A DNA stretch of 64,000 bases from Longimicrobiales bacterium. Lineage in GTDB: Bacteria; Gemmatimonadota; Gemmatimonadetes; Longimicrobiales; Gaopeijiaceae. The notes beneath the pieces are model-generated. The model saw nothing but the letters and a program-made list of their open reading frames with translations, was not told where the DNA came from and ran no database searches. Within the stretch, counting starts at the first letter, position 1; each line of letters starts with the position of its first letter. Shown piece by piece: positions 8,900 to 18,877 of the stretch. Location: NCBI GenBank assembly GCA_965226375.1, contig CBDDCX010000008.1, positions 1,696,001-1,760,000 of the forward strand, in the 5' to 3' direction. The position numbers and the translations under genes were made by a program.

Positions 8900-9966
8900 A
8901 TGGGGTATTGCCTTAAGTCCACCGCCCACTACATGTTGTGGTCATGGCGGTTCCGGCTTCTCAGCTCCGTGGCGGCGTGGACTATCCCCGTACGCGGCTG
9001 GAGCTGGACGAGTTCTTCCCCGACGATGCGGCATGCCTGGAGTACGTGGAGGGTCTGCGCTGGCCGGAAGGGTTTGTGTGCGTGGGCTGTGGCGGGTTGG
9101 GAGAGGTCTGGCGAGCATCGCGGGGGCGTCTCGTCTGCCCACACTGTCGAAGGCAGACCTCGGTGCTGGCGGGAACCGTGTTCCACCGCACGCGCTCGCC
9201 CCTGCGTCTGTGGTTTCTCGCTGCCTGGGAGCTCACGAGCCAGAAATACGGAGCCAATGCTCTCGGGCTCCAGCGCGTGCTCGGACTGGGAAGCTACAAG
9301 ACAGCGTGGGTCTGGCTCCACAAGCTCCGCCGGGCCATGGTCCGACCGGATCGCGACCAGCTGAGCGGCGTTGTGCAAGTGGACGAGAGCTATGTCGGGG
9401 GCGTGGAGGCTGGAGTGCGGGGCCGCGAGACGATCAAGAAGGCCATCGTCGCGATCGCCGCCGAGGTCGACGGACGCAAGATCGGGAGAATACGGCTGCG
9501 TTGGGTGCCCGACCTCTCCGCTCCGGTTCTGCGAGGCTTCGTCAAGGATAGCATCGCACCGGCAAGCACGGTGCATACCGACGGATGGCCAAGCTATCAG
9601 GGACTCGCCAAACTGGGCTTTCGCCACACGGTCACGAACCTCTCGACCTCCGGCGATCCCGCTCACGTGCTCATGTCGGCCGTACATCGGGTGGCGTCTC
9701 TCCTCAAGCGCTGGGTCCTCGGAACCCTCCAAGGAGGGATCGCCCGCGAACACCTCCCCTACTATCTGGACGAGTTCACCTTTCGCTTCAACCGACGCAC
9801 ATCCCGGGCTCGCGGCCTGTTGTTCTACCGCTTGCTTGAGCAGGCTGTTCAGTGTGCTCCCACGCCAGCTTCGGCCCTTTACCTCGGCACCGGACGTGGG
9901 AAACGGCCCGCAGAGCCCCGGTAACCACTATATCTTGGGGTCGGTGGACTTAAGGGAATACCCCCT
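8900..9966 (+). mobile_element. IS1595-family insertion sequence (1067 bp)
   Basis: 24-bp TIRs A(T/G)GGGGTATT(G/C)CCTTAAGTCCACC. 8-bp TSD TAGGGAGA at 8892-8899 and 9967-9974. Confidence 0.93.
8944..9924 (+). CDS. IS1595-family transposase
   Basis: RWPEGFVCVGC..CPHC Zn ribbon, VQVDESYVGG, VHTDGWPSY and YLDEFTFRFNRR. Confidence 0.95.
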   Translation: MAVPASQLRGGVDYPRTRLELDEFFPDDAACLEYVEGLRWPEGFVCVGCGGLGEVWRASRGRLVCPHCRRQTSVLAGTVFHRTRSPLRLWFLAAWELTSQKYGANALGLQRVLGLGSYKTAWVWLHKLRRAMVRPDRDQLSGVVQVDESYVGGVEAGVRGRETIKKAIVAIAAEVDGRKIGRIRLRWVPDLSAPVLRGFVKDSIAPASTVHTDGWPSYQGLAKLGFRHTVTNLSTSGDPAHVLMSAVHRVASLLKRWVLGTLQGGIAREHLPYYLDEFTFRFNRRTSRARGLLFYRLLEQAVQCAPTPASALYLGTGRGKRPAEPR

Positions 9967-10355
9967 TAGGGAGAAATCGAGCACTCATCGAGGGGGTACG
10001 AGTCGCGGCCGGAATCCGAGGACACGGAGTCGGTCAGGCCCTGGTAGAGTGGGCGGTCGACCGAGCCCGAGAGCGCGCATGCCACCTGATACAACTCACC
10101 ACGGACAAGACGAGGCCGGCAGCCCTCCGTTTCTACGAGAAGCTGGGCTTCGAGGCGACCCACGAGGGCCTGAAGCGCCACCTCGGGTCCGGCCAGGATG
10201 ATTCTCGGACCACCGAGTAGCCGGATTCGGCCGGCCAGGGTCGGGTGTACGAAAACGTGGCGACGAACACACAGTGATAGTAACGTTGGAATATCCCCCC
10301 CCGGACAAAAATTCGACCCGCCTGAACACTCGATCCCTGCTGGGAGTCTGAGCCC

Positions 10356-10904
10356 TTGTCTACCGAACTGGTTCTCCTCATCGAGGACAACCATGAACAC
10401 GCGACCCTGATTCAGGCCCTCCTGGACTTCCGTTCTCTCGACAGCCCGGTGTTCGTAACAGCCAGCGTGTCGGAAGGACGTGCCTACCTGGCCGGCGATT
10501 GGCCTTTCGACAATCGGCATCGTCACCCTCTACCAGGTCTGATCGTCCTCGATCACTGGCTACTCGACGGGACCGGGTTGGAGATCCTCGAGTGGCTCCA
10601 AGAATACGATGAGCTGTCGTCGATTCCGATCGTGATCTTTACAGCGTGCGTGGACAAGAAGGTGGAGAAGCGGGCACGTGAGCTCGGCGTTCGTGAGTAT
10701 CTCGTCAAGCCCGAGGGGTACGGAGAGCTGGCCGTGGCGATCGAGCAGATTCTTCGTCCGCCGCGGCGATTCCGAAGTCGGTCAGGGCTATCCGGCCCGT
10801 GTCGTCCTCCACCAGGGCGTTGTCGGGGCGCACGTCTCGATGCACGATTCGCTTCGCGTGCGCGCCGGCGAGTCCGTTGGCTATGCCCAGGACAACGCGT
10901 CTGA
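10356..10904 (+). CDS. Single-domain response regulator; C-terminal ~45 aa probably read-through into the kinase antisense strand
   Basis: LLIEDN, LIVLD (phospho-acceptor), IPIVIFT and YLVKP. The receiver domain ends near 10760. Confidence 0.8.
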   Translation: MSTELVLLIEDNHEHATLIQALLDFRSLDSPVFVTASVSEGRAYLAGDWPFDNRHRHPLPGLIVLDHWLLDGTGLEILEWLQEYDELSSIPIVIFTACVDKKVEKRARELGVREYLVKPEGYGELAVAIEQILRPPRRFRSRSGLSGPCRPPPGRCRGARLDARFASRARRRVRWLCPGQRV

Positions 10905-12063
10905 TGTCCTCGTCCCCTAGCTGGCTTCCCGAGGCAAGCCAGTCGGCGAGGCTCGTACCCTTGATCCCCTCCATCACCATGTAGGGCAATTCGTTCTTCA
11001 AGACCCCGGTCCGGAAGACCGAGGCTACGTTCGGATCCGAAACCCGAGCCGCGGCCTGGGCCTCACGGATGAACCGCTGCCTGGCCGTCGTGGTCTCGGC
11101 ATGTTCAGGCCGTAAGACCTTGATCGCCACAAGCCTGCGGAGACTCACCTCGCGCGCCAGATAGATTTCGGCCATCGCCCCTTCGCCGATCTTGCGAACC
11201 ACGTCGAACTCTCCGGCCACGGTCGCCTCGAGCAGTCCACGAACGCCCCGATTCGTATTCACCGGCACTGGGTCCGGGTCCTCATCCCCGCCCGTGATCG
11301 CGACGGGCGCTTCGGTCGGAACAGACGAAATACCGGGTTGCTGGGCGCCGAGCTCCTCATCGTTTCCAGCCCGGATCCGCTCGATCAGGCGGTGCATCTC
11401 CGCGAGAGGGCTGACCTCCAACTCACGGCGTAGGGTACGCTCGAATTCATCGAACTGGCTGAGTGCCTCGGAGCGGTGCCCGGCATCGGCGAGTAGCTTG
11501 ACCAGCGTATGCTGTGCCTCATCGTCCAACGGGTCGCACTCGACCCAGAAGTAGGTCACCTCGAGCGCTCCTTCGAGATCCCCCCGCCCTACACGAAACT
11601 CCACCTCAGCGCGCTGGGCGTTTCGGCGCATTCGGTCGATCGCTGAGCGGCGGCGGTCCACCCACTGCTGAAAATCGGGAGAGTCCACTAGATAGGTCCC
11701 CTCCAGGAAAGGCCCCAGATACAAGCTCAGGGCTTCCTGATATTTCTCGGACTCGACAGCCCGAACGAATCGTGTGGCGTCCGACTCCAAGTCACCGACT
11801 CGGAGTACCTCTCCTGTCGATTCGACCCAATCTTCTCCCAGATCCTTCCGCAGTTCATAGAGCGTCTGGCTCAGTGAATGGCGGGCCTTTTCGGGAGAAC
11901 TCTCCGGCCAGACAAGGCCCATCGCGGCGTCGCGAGTGGTCTCTCCCTCGAGTGCGATGTGAAGTAGGAGGGCGCACCGCGTCCCCCGGACCGAGTAGGA
12001 CTTCAACTCCTCGGATCCTCGAAACACCTGGAGTCTGCCCAGGGTGTTGAGGCGAACGGTCAT
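10705..12063 (-). pseudogene. SARP/BTAD-domain protein fused to a Ser/Thr kinase, truncated after the DFG motif
   Basis: N-terminal LNTLGRL..LVWPES..ARHSLSQTLYELRK, BTAD DPLDDEA, kinase IGEGAMAEIYLA, VAIKVL, HRDVRPDN and TDFGIA. No APE motif or C-lobe follows. Confidence 0.8.
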
Positions 12064-12373
12064 GGTAGAGGTCCTTCAGGCCTCGTCGGAGCGCCGCCCG
12101 GGGGAGAAACGAGGGTACTGGGCCAATCCACCCATCGTCTCCCCTCGGGCCTCATCCGCTACCGCGATCCCAGTTTGGACGCTCAACAACAGCGTTACTA
12201 CGACCACGGCCACGACTCGGCAGCGCATGCACCCTCTGGGTCTGTCCAGCCCTCGGGGCTACTGACGGGCGAGCCGGGTACCGTCTGACGAACGCCATGC
12301 CGGATCCCCGACGGAGTCCATCATGAAACGCGCCGTGCTTCTCGCTGCACCCCCTTCGCCCCAGGAGTAGCGG

Positions 12374-12646
12374 ATGTGCCCTCCGAAAGAACTGTCACGA
12401 AGAACCTTCCTGGGCGCCGCGGTAGGCGGGGCGGCGCTATCGGGTGGCAGGCCACCGCTCAACGGGCTTATGCAGCCCGCCACCGGCCGCTTAAACCTTC
12501 GGGAGCCCGGCCCCATGCTGCCGCCGGTCCCCGCCCTTCTTCGGGATGACCGCCGGAAGCGGCGAGTTCTATACGATAGGTCGAGCCGTGGGCCACATCG
12601 GAAAGACCGTGGGCCGCTCGGACATTCGGTACTGATGGAATCCTAG
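12374..12646 (+). pseudogene. Probable remnant of a Tat-exported protein
   Basis: AGGAG RBS, SRRTFL twin-arginine motif and a hydrophobic stretch, then no recognisable domain. The stop is the TAG of a CTAG mini-palindrome. Confidence 0.4.
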
Positions 12647-12664
12647 TGTGCTACACCACACTAG
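12643..12664. repeat. 22-bp CTAG-bounded mini-palindrome (collapsed element)
   Basis: CTAGTGTGCTACACCACACTAG. Its reverse complement shares CTAGTGTGGTGTAGC with 62289-62303. Confidence 0.5.
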
Positions 12665-12686
12665 AGATGAGGTTTTCCCGGCTCCG

Positions 12687-13856
12687 TCACAACACCCAGA
12701 TCGGGTTCGTGAAGATCCAGGGGACCTGGCCGCGCCCCAACTCGACGTAGACTTCGAGTCTATACACTCCAGGCTCAGACAACGCCCCGGAGTCGTACTC
12801 GGGTCCTCGGCCCTCCGAAACCATCGACCCATCCCGATACAGCTTTACGATGGTGGGAGCCGCGATGTCTGGAACGGACGCGGTGACACGGACACCGTTG
12901 GCCTCCCAGGCAAGCTCTCCCCCCAGCGTCACCGACTCGTCGAGGTTCACGGCCTCGGCAGAGAAGCCCGCGGCATCGGCGATTCCGTCCAGAGCGCAGA
13001 AACTGCGACCGAAGCGTAACGCCTCGATCACGAGGGCCGCATCGTGGGCCGCATCTCCGGTGGGTGCAGCACTGAGGAGCACATGTTGGCGCGCCAGGTT
13101 GAACAGGTCCCGGTAGGCAGGGAACGGCAGGACCAACTCACCGGTCAGGGGCACGTTGGAATGCGCATCCACCGAGCAGACGCCCGGCACCCGGTGGCCA
13201 TCCGCAAGCAGCTGGTCCCAACGCTCGAGAGTGGCAGTCGGCCGGTCGAGAAGCTCCAGCATGGCGGATACCGGATCGGCCGGCAGAAGCAACAGCGCCT
13301 TGGGCCAGTCACCGAACCCATCATCACGGAGTTCCGTGTCCCAGTTCCAGATCTCGAGGGCATCGAACCCGGCGGGGTCCCAATCCTGCCACGGTTCACC
13401 AGGACCCTCGGGGTGGGCGACGATACGAAGGCCTGTACCCGCCGGGACCGAAGATCCCAACGGCAGACCCCGCTCCTCCGCTTCGACACGGCGCGCCCGT
13501 CTTTCTTCCGGATCGTCCCCCCCGAGGACCAGCATGTGGCCGGCAGGCACCCGCGCCTCTTCTCCGAGCACCATGAGAGGGCCATCCGTATACTGGGGTC
13601 CCGGCATGGCCCACAGGTTGTGGTCCGTAATGGTGACAAAGTCGAGGCCGGTCACCCGCGCGGCCTCCGCAACCTCGGCCAAGGTTCCACCTCCGTCCGA
13701 CGCCACGGTGTGGACGTGGATGGCCCCCACCCACTCGAACTCTCCGCGAGCCGACGGCGCTTCGAGCGGCAAACGGGTTGTTACGGAGACCACAACGGCC
13801 AAGACGAACGCCAGCAATCCGGTCGCCAGCGTAATCTTCAGCAGGTGCGTCAGCAT
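12687..13856 (-). CDS. PHP-domain (CehA/McbA-like) metallohydrolase, membrane-anchored or secreted
   Basis: N-terminal TM helix, GAIHVHTVASDG, GLDFVTITDHN, IVAHP, SVDAH and C-terminal WIFTNPIWV. Confidence 0.8.
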   Translation of the reverse strand: MLTHLLKITLATGLLAFVLAVVVSVTTRLPLEAPSARGEFEWVGAIHVHTVASDGGGTLAEVAEAARVTGLDFVTITDHNLWAMPGPQYTDGPLMVLGEEARVPAGHMLVLGGDDPEERRARRVEAEERGLPLGSSVPAGTGLRIVAHPEGPGEPWQDWDPAGFDALEIWNWDTELRDDGFGDWPKALLLLPADPVSAMLELLDRPTATLERWDQLLADGHRVPGVCSVDAHSNVPLTGELVLPFPAYRDLFNLARQHVLLSAAPTGDAAHDAALVIEALRFGRSFCALDGIADAAGFSAEAVNLDESVTLGGELAWEANGVRVTASVPDIAAPTIVKLYRDGSMVSEGRGPEYDSGALSEPGVYRLEVYVELGRGQVPWIFTNPIWVL

Positions 13857-14313
13857 GGCATGTCGGAGCCGCGCAAGACGATTGCGGCACGGGAGGGGAA
13901 GCAGAGGCCCATACTAGATGCTAAGGAGCCTCTCGAGTTTCTGGAAGGCGCGTCTCAGGGGCTCAGCGCAGAGTCCGGCCTATCCGGGTCGACGGCCCCG
14001 TCACCCGCTGCCCGGCAGCGCCGGCCCAACCTGATACGGAAACGGGGGAGGGTTGCCCCTCCCCCGCCGGTGCGGCACGCAAACGATCAGCTCTTCCGTC
14101 CGCGATTTCGGAGGGGATGACGGCCGTCGCGGGTCGACAAGTCGACTTCGAATGACTCGCCATCTACGGACATGGTAGCGAATTGTGTACCGTTGAAGGT
14201 AATGACCACGTGTCTGGTACGTGGGTACAGCCTACCCTGATCCTTTACACAATGGCCTACACTGATGGTTGACAGGTTCCTATCAACCAGGGTTCTGCAA
14301 CAAGGAGAGCCCG

Positions 14314-14832
14314 ATGGACTGGAACCGGTCGACCATGTACGAGCAAAGAGTACGCTTCATCCTCGAAGTGCAACAACGGACGTTCAGTTTCGCCGAGTCC
14401 TGTAGGCGCTACGGTATCAGCAGGACCGCGGGATACACCTGGTGGAATCGCTTCCGCGCAGAGGGATTCGAGGGACTGCAAGAGCGATCGCGCCGACCCC
14501 ATCACTGCCCGCACGCCGTGGAGGAGCCGATCGTCGAACACGTCGTCGACCTGCGTCAGCGCTACGGATGGGGATCACGCAAGATCCGTAAACTCACAGC
14601 TGAGAAGTTTGGCTCGGCCCCAGTTCGCAGGACGATCGATCGCATCTTCGAGCGTCACGACCTGATCACGAAGAAGCGCAGACGCTCCGGCAAACCGGGC
14701 CACCCCGGCAAGCCGCTCACTGCGATGGATGAGCCCAATGCGGTCTGGACCGTCGACTTCAAAGGGCAGTTCAAGATGCGCAACGGTCGCTACTGCTACC
14801 CCCTCACGATCCAGGACGGCTTCAGCCGGTTC
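14314..14832 (+). pseudogene. IS481-family transposase, N-terminal fragment
   Basis: CRRYGISRTAGYTWWNRF..GLQERSRRPH, WGSRKI, PNAVWTVDFKG and YPLTIQDGFSRF, then the IS3-family element begins. AAGGAG RBS. Confidence 0.88.
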
Positions 14833-14871
14833 GGAACCTGTCAACGACAATGGGACACTCTACGGGATTAA

Positions 14872-15879
14872 TTAGAGAGCAATGTCCTGTGTGGTGAGGG
14901 AAGGGATGGGAGGATTGATGAAGACGGCCTCCGGGAGCGGTTTGGGCTTCGGCACACCTCTGACGAAGCGTTCGGGATGAGCGGCCCATGCTTCGCGGAG
15001 CACGGATTTCCTGCCGGCAATGACCTGATCGGCGTTCCCGAAGTGGACCTGCTCGGGGGTTAGCATCGAGATGCCGCCATGGCGGTGCTCGGCATTGTAC
15101 CAGCGGAAGAACGATCGACAGAACGTCTTGGCTTGGCCCTGATCCCCGAACCGTCCGGGAAACGAGGGATGGTACTTCAAGGTTTTGAACTGAGCCTCGG
15201 AAAACGGGTTGTCATCCGACACCTGAGGCCGGCTCAACGAGCGGGTCACGCCGAGGTCAGCGAGAAGTTGAGCGGTGCATTGGCTCGTCATTGGAGCTCC
15301 CCGATCCGAGTGCAGGGTCAGGACCCGGGGCTGGACGCCATGCTTCAGGCAGCTCTGCTGGATCAACCGGCCGGCCAGGGCCGAGTTCTCCCGGTCCGCC
15401 ACCATCCAGCCCACGACGTAGCGGCTGTAGATGTCCATGATGACGTAGAGGTAGTAATAGCTCCACTTCTTCGGCCCGAGCAGCCGCGTGATATCCCAGG
15501 ACCACACCTGGTTCGGCGCCGTGGCCATCAACTCGGGCTTCTTGTACTCGGGATGGGTGCGCTGCGCCCGGCGTTCCTGAACCGGCACCTCGGAGGCCAG
15601 AACACGATACATCGTGCGTTCGCTGCACAGGTAGACCTCTTCGTCGAGCAGCGTGGCCACCACCTCGGCGGGTGAGCGGTCCACGAACCGCTCCGAACAC
15701 AGCGTGTCGAAGACCTCGCCTCGTTCCGTCTCGCTCAATGCCCGGGCGGGCGTCGGGCGGGGCTGCTGTTGCCCGGTTGATGGGCCTCGACGACGGTACA
15801 ACGTCGATCGGGAGACCTCGAGGGCCGCGCACGCCGGTTTTACACCGACGTGCTTAGCCAGCTCATCGGCCGCCTTCAA
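14872..15879 (-). CDS. IS3-family transposase OrfB (rve/DDE)
   Basis: APNQVWSWDIT, DIYSRYVVGW, LHSDRG, DNPFSEAQFKTLK and WYNAEHRH. Confidence 0.93.
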   Translation of the reverse strand: MKAADELAKHVGVKPACAALEVSRSTLYRRRGPSTGQQQPRPTPARALSETERGEVFDTLCSERFVDRSPAEVVATLLDEEVYLCSERTMYRVLASEVPVQERRAQRTHPEYKKPELMATAPNQVWSWDITRLLGPKKWSYYYLYVIMDIYSRYVVGWMVADRENSALAGRLIQQSCLKHGVQPRVLTLHSDRGAPMTSQCTAQLLADLGVTRSLSRPQVSDDNPFSEAQFKTLKYHPSFPGRFGDQGQAKTFCRSFFRWYNAEHRHGGISMLTPEQVHFGNADQVIAGRKSVLREAWAAHPERFVRGVPKPKPLPEAVFINPPIPSLTTQDIAL

Positions 15880-16325
15880 GAGTTTGTCCCGTCGTCGAGG
15901 CTTATCCCCAGCAGCCCCGCAACTTTTCCCTGCACGTCGATGATCAGGTGTGCCTTCCTGAGCTCATTCCCGAGCCGTGCGTTTCGCCGCTCCAGCTTGC
16001 GTACCTTCTCATCCAGCGGATTTCGCTCCGGCTTGCGGCCGCGTTTCTTCGACAGGGCCTTCAGCGACCCGCTATGCGCCGCCTTGCGCCACGTCGTCAG
16101 GTGCGACGAGTACAGGCCCTCTCGCCGCAGGACTTGACCCACCTCGCCGGGCTCGGTGCACCGGTCCGCTTCTTCGACGATCCGCAGCTTGTACGACGGA
16201 CTGAACCGCCGCCGTAGCGGCCTATCTACTACCTCCGGGTCCGCAGGAGCTGCCGCGCTTCGCTTGGCCTCCCCGGTTCCAGGGGCACTACCATTCTCTG
16301 CCATTCTCTCTCGCAGTCCCAACAT
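15876..16325 (-). CDS. IS3-family transposase OrfA (HTH)
   Basis: RRRFSPSYKLRIV..LRREGLYSSHLTTWR followed by a coiled coil. Overlaps OrfB in the -1 frame. Confidence 0.9.
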   Translation of the reverse strand: MLGLRERMAENGSAPGTGEAKRSAAAPADPEVVDRPLRRRFSPSYKLRIVEEADRCTEPGEVGQVLRREGLYSSHLTTWRKAAHSGSLKALSKKRGRKPERNPLDEKVRKLERRNARLGNELRKAHLIIDVQGKVAGLLGISLDDGTNS

Positions 16326-16611
16326 GTTCGTTTTCTCTGCCTTCGCCCTACTCTAATTCTTTGCGTGCTCCGTGTCTCACGTACGTTGGCAGAGAGGGCC
16401 GCCTGACCGCCACGATCCTGCAGATTTTCCTCGGGGGGTGTCGGCACTTCTCATCCGATGGAAAGCCTCGCACATCGTGTCTCGACTCACGCTGGAAACA
16501 CCTCCTTGTGGACGGAGCAGTGACTCGTCGAAACGGGCCACCCGCCCTTCCCTGCAATGTGTTATCGTTTTTGGCTGAAACCCGCAGAACCACAACGAGC
16601 AAGGACAGGAC

Positions 16612-17412
16612 ATGACGGACAAGACATTGGTCCACTACGACGTTCAGGACCGCGTGGCGGTTCTCACTCTCGACGACCCGCCCGCGAACACCTACACCCA
16701 CGAGATGATGGTCCAGCTCGACCAGGCCATCGTACGGGCTCGCTTCGACGAGGACGCGGAGGTGATCGTGGTCACCGGTGCCGGTGAGAAGTTCTTCTGC
16801 GCCGGTGCCAACATCCAAATGCTCTCCGAGGTGACGTCGAGCTTCAAGTACTGCTTCTGCCTGCACGCCAACGAGACCCTGAATCGGTTCGAGCATACGC
16901 CGAAACTGGTCATCGGCGCGCTTAACGGGCACACTGTCGGCGGCGGACTCGAGATCGCCATGGCCTGTGACATTCGGGTCGCACGAAAGGACGGAGGGCA
17001 GTGCGGCCTCCCCGAAGTGGCACTCGGCGTACTCCCCGGCACGGGCGGCACACAGCGGCTCGTCCGCATTGTCGGGAAATCGAAGGCCATCGAACTGATG
17101 GCGGGTGGAGACACGTTCGGCTTCGACAAGGCGCTCAAGCTCGGCCTGGTGAACCAGCTCATCGACGCCGAGAGCCGAGACGACTTCATGGCCAAGGTCA
17201 TGGAGTACGCAAAGCAGTTCACGACCCCGAACAAGGCGGTTCGAGCGGTCGGCAACATCAAGCGTGCCGTCCAGTCCGGCGCCGAGATGCCTTTCGAGCT
17301 CGCACTGACCTTGGAACGAGAGCTGCAGCAGCAGCTCTTTCAGAGCCAGGACGCCAAGGAGGGGCTTGCCGCCTACGTGGAGAAGCGTAAGGCCGAGTTC
17401 ACAGGCAAGTAG
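16612..17412 (+). CDS. Enoyl-CoA hydratase/isomerase family protein
   Basis: FFCAGANI, GGGLEIAMACDIR and LPEVALGVLPGTGGTQRL. Confidence 0.92.
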   Translation: MTDKTLVHYDVQDRVAVLTLDDPPANTYTHEMMVQLDQAIVRARFDEDAEVIVVTGAGEKFFCAGANIQMLSEVTSSFKYCFCLHANETLNRFEHTPKLVIGALNGHTVGGGLEIAMACDIRVARKDGGQCGLPEVALGVLPGTGGTQRLVRIVGKSKAIELMAGGDTFGFDKALKLGLVNQLIDAESRDDFMAKVMEYAKQFTTPNKAVRAVGNIKRAVQSGAEMPFELALTLERELQQQLFQSQDAKEGLAAYVEKRKAEFTGK

Positions 17413-17414
17413 TC

Positions 17415-18872
17415 GTGTCCGACGGCATGGATGGCCGGCTGTGGATCGACAACGCCAGGGAGGACGCGGCCTCGGGCCGTACCTTCGAGACGGTGAACCC
17501 CGCCACGGGTGAGGCCATCGCATCTGTGGCCGAGGGCGCGGAGGCAGACATCGACCGGGCGGTGGTGGCAGCCCGAGCGGCTCTGGTCTCCCCCGAGTGG
17601 CGCGGCATGGATGCGCACCGAAGGGCGGAGATCCTGTGGCGCTTGGGCGACCTCATCGAGGCGAACGCGGACGAACTGGGTACGATGGAAACCCGGGACA
17701 ACGGGAAGCCCATCTTCGAATCACGGCAGGTGGATCTACCGAGCGTGGTGGGAAACTTCCGGTACTTCGCCGGATTGGCGGACAAGATCCAGGGCGAGAC
17801 GATACCGGTCAAAGGCCCGTTTCTCAACTATACGCTGCGCGAGCCCGTGGGCGTGGTGGGATGCATCGTGCCTTGGAACTTCCCGCTCTCCCTGGCCACG
17901 TGGAAGGTCGCTCCGGCCCTCGCTTGCGGGAACACGGTCGTCCTGAAGCCAGCGGAGGAAACCCCCCTTACCGCCCTCCGTCTGGGGGAACTGGCGGCGG
18001 CGGCGGGACTTCCGGCCGGAGTGCTGAACGTGGTTCCAGGATTCGGTGAGACCGCGGGGGCCGCATTGGTCCGTCACCCCGGGGTGGATGCCGTCGCCTT
18101 CACCGGGTCCACCGAGGTGGGCAAGACGGTCATGCGTGAAGCCGCTGACACCCTCAAGAAGGTCTCGCTCGAGCTGGGCGGTAAGTCGCCCAACATCGTG
18201 TTCGCGGACGCCGACATGCCCGCTGCGATCCGGGGTGCCACCACGGGCATCTTCTATGGAAAGGGAGAGGTGTGCGCGGCCGGATCACGTGTTCTGGTGG
18301 AGCGGACCATCTATGAAGCTTTCGTCGATGAATTTGCCGCCCGAGCCGAAAAAATGACGGTTGGTGATCCCATGGGACCCAAGACCCGTCTCGGGGCCAT
18401 CGTGTCCGAAGCGCAGCTCGAACGGGTGCTCGGCTACATCGATGCGGGCAAGTCGGAGGGTGCCCGCCTGGTCACGGGAGGCGAGCGGACCCAGGTAGAT
18501 GGTCGGGGCAACTTTGTCACGGCGACCGTCTTTGCGGACGTGGACGCCGACATGAAGATCGCCCAGGAAGAGATCTTCGGGCCAGTCGCTGCCGTGATCC
18601 CCTTCGACGACATGGCGGATGCCATCGAAAAGGCCAATAGCACCGTCTACGGCCTGGCCGCCGGCGTCTGGACGCGTGACGTCGGCAAGGCCCATCGGGT
18701 CGCGTCGGAGGTACAGGCCGGCACCGTTTGGATCAACACCTACAACCAGTACGACTCTGCCTCTCCCTTCGGTGGCTTCAAGCAGAGCGGCTTCGGCCGA
18801 GATCTGGGATATCAGGCGGCCCTCGAGAAGTACACCCAGACCAAGAGCGTTTGGGTAGCCATAGATCGGTGA
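17415..18872 (+). CDS. Aldehyde dehydrogenase
   Basis: [26 protein letters not shown], catalytic Cys in GEVCAAGSR, and EEIFGPV. Confidence 0.95.
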   Translation: MSDGMDGRLWIDNAREDAASGRTFETVNPATGEAIASVAEGAEADIDRAVVAARAALVSPEWRGMDAHRRAEILWRLGDLIEANADELGTMETRDNGKPIFESRQVDLPSVVGNFRYFAGLADKIQGETIPVKGPFLNYTLREPVGVVGCIVPWNFPLSLATWKVAPALACGNTVVLKPAEETPLTALRLGELAAAAGLPAGVLNVVPGFGETAGAALVRHPGVDAVAFTGSTEVGKTVMREAADTLKKVSLELGGKSPNIVFADADMPAAIRGATTGIFYGKGEVCAAGSRVLVERTIYEAFVDEFAARAEKMTVGDPMGPKTRLGAIVSEAQLERVLGYIDAGKSEGARLVTGGERTQVDGRGNFVTATVFADVDADMKIAQEEIFGPVAAVIPFDDMADAIEKANSTVYGLAAGVWTRDVGKAHRVASEVQAGTVWINTYNQYDSASPFGGFKQSGFGRDLGYQAALEKYTQTKSVWVAIDR

Positions 18873-18877
18873 CCAAG

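Larger units (their letters stand above)
8654..10220 (+). pseudogene. GNAT family N-acetyltransferase interrupted by an IS1595-family element
   Basis: 8654-8899 (MDALIFRAAT..NLTYIGR) and 9975-10220 (NRALIEGVRV..RGHGVGQALV..LTTDKTR..ALRFYEKLGF) join in frame to 163 aa once the IS and one TSD copy are removed. Confidence 0.92.
14833..16397 (-). mobile_element. IS3-family insertion sequence, copy A (1565 bp)
   Basis: Inverted copy of 27473-29037 with identical ORF translations. Flanking 5-mers do not match, so no TSD. Confidence 0.92.

Noticed and set aside
8600..9364. 254-aa ORF as a real GNAT fusion protein
   Set aside because: It is the GNAT 5' half reading into the IS1595 end in a non-transposase frame.
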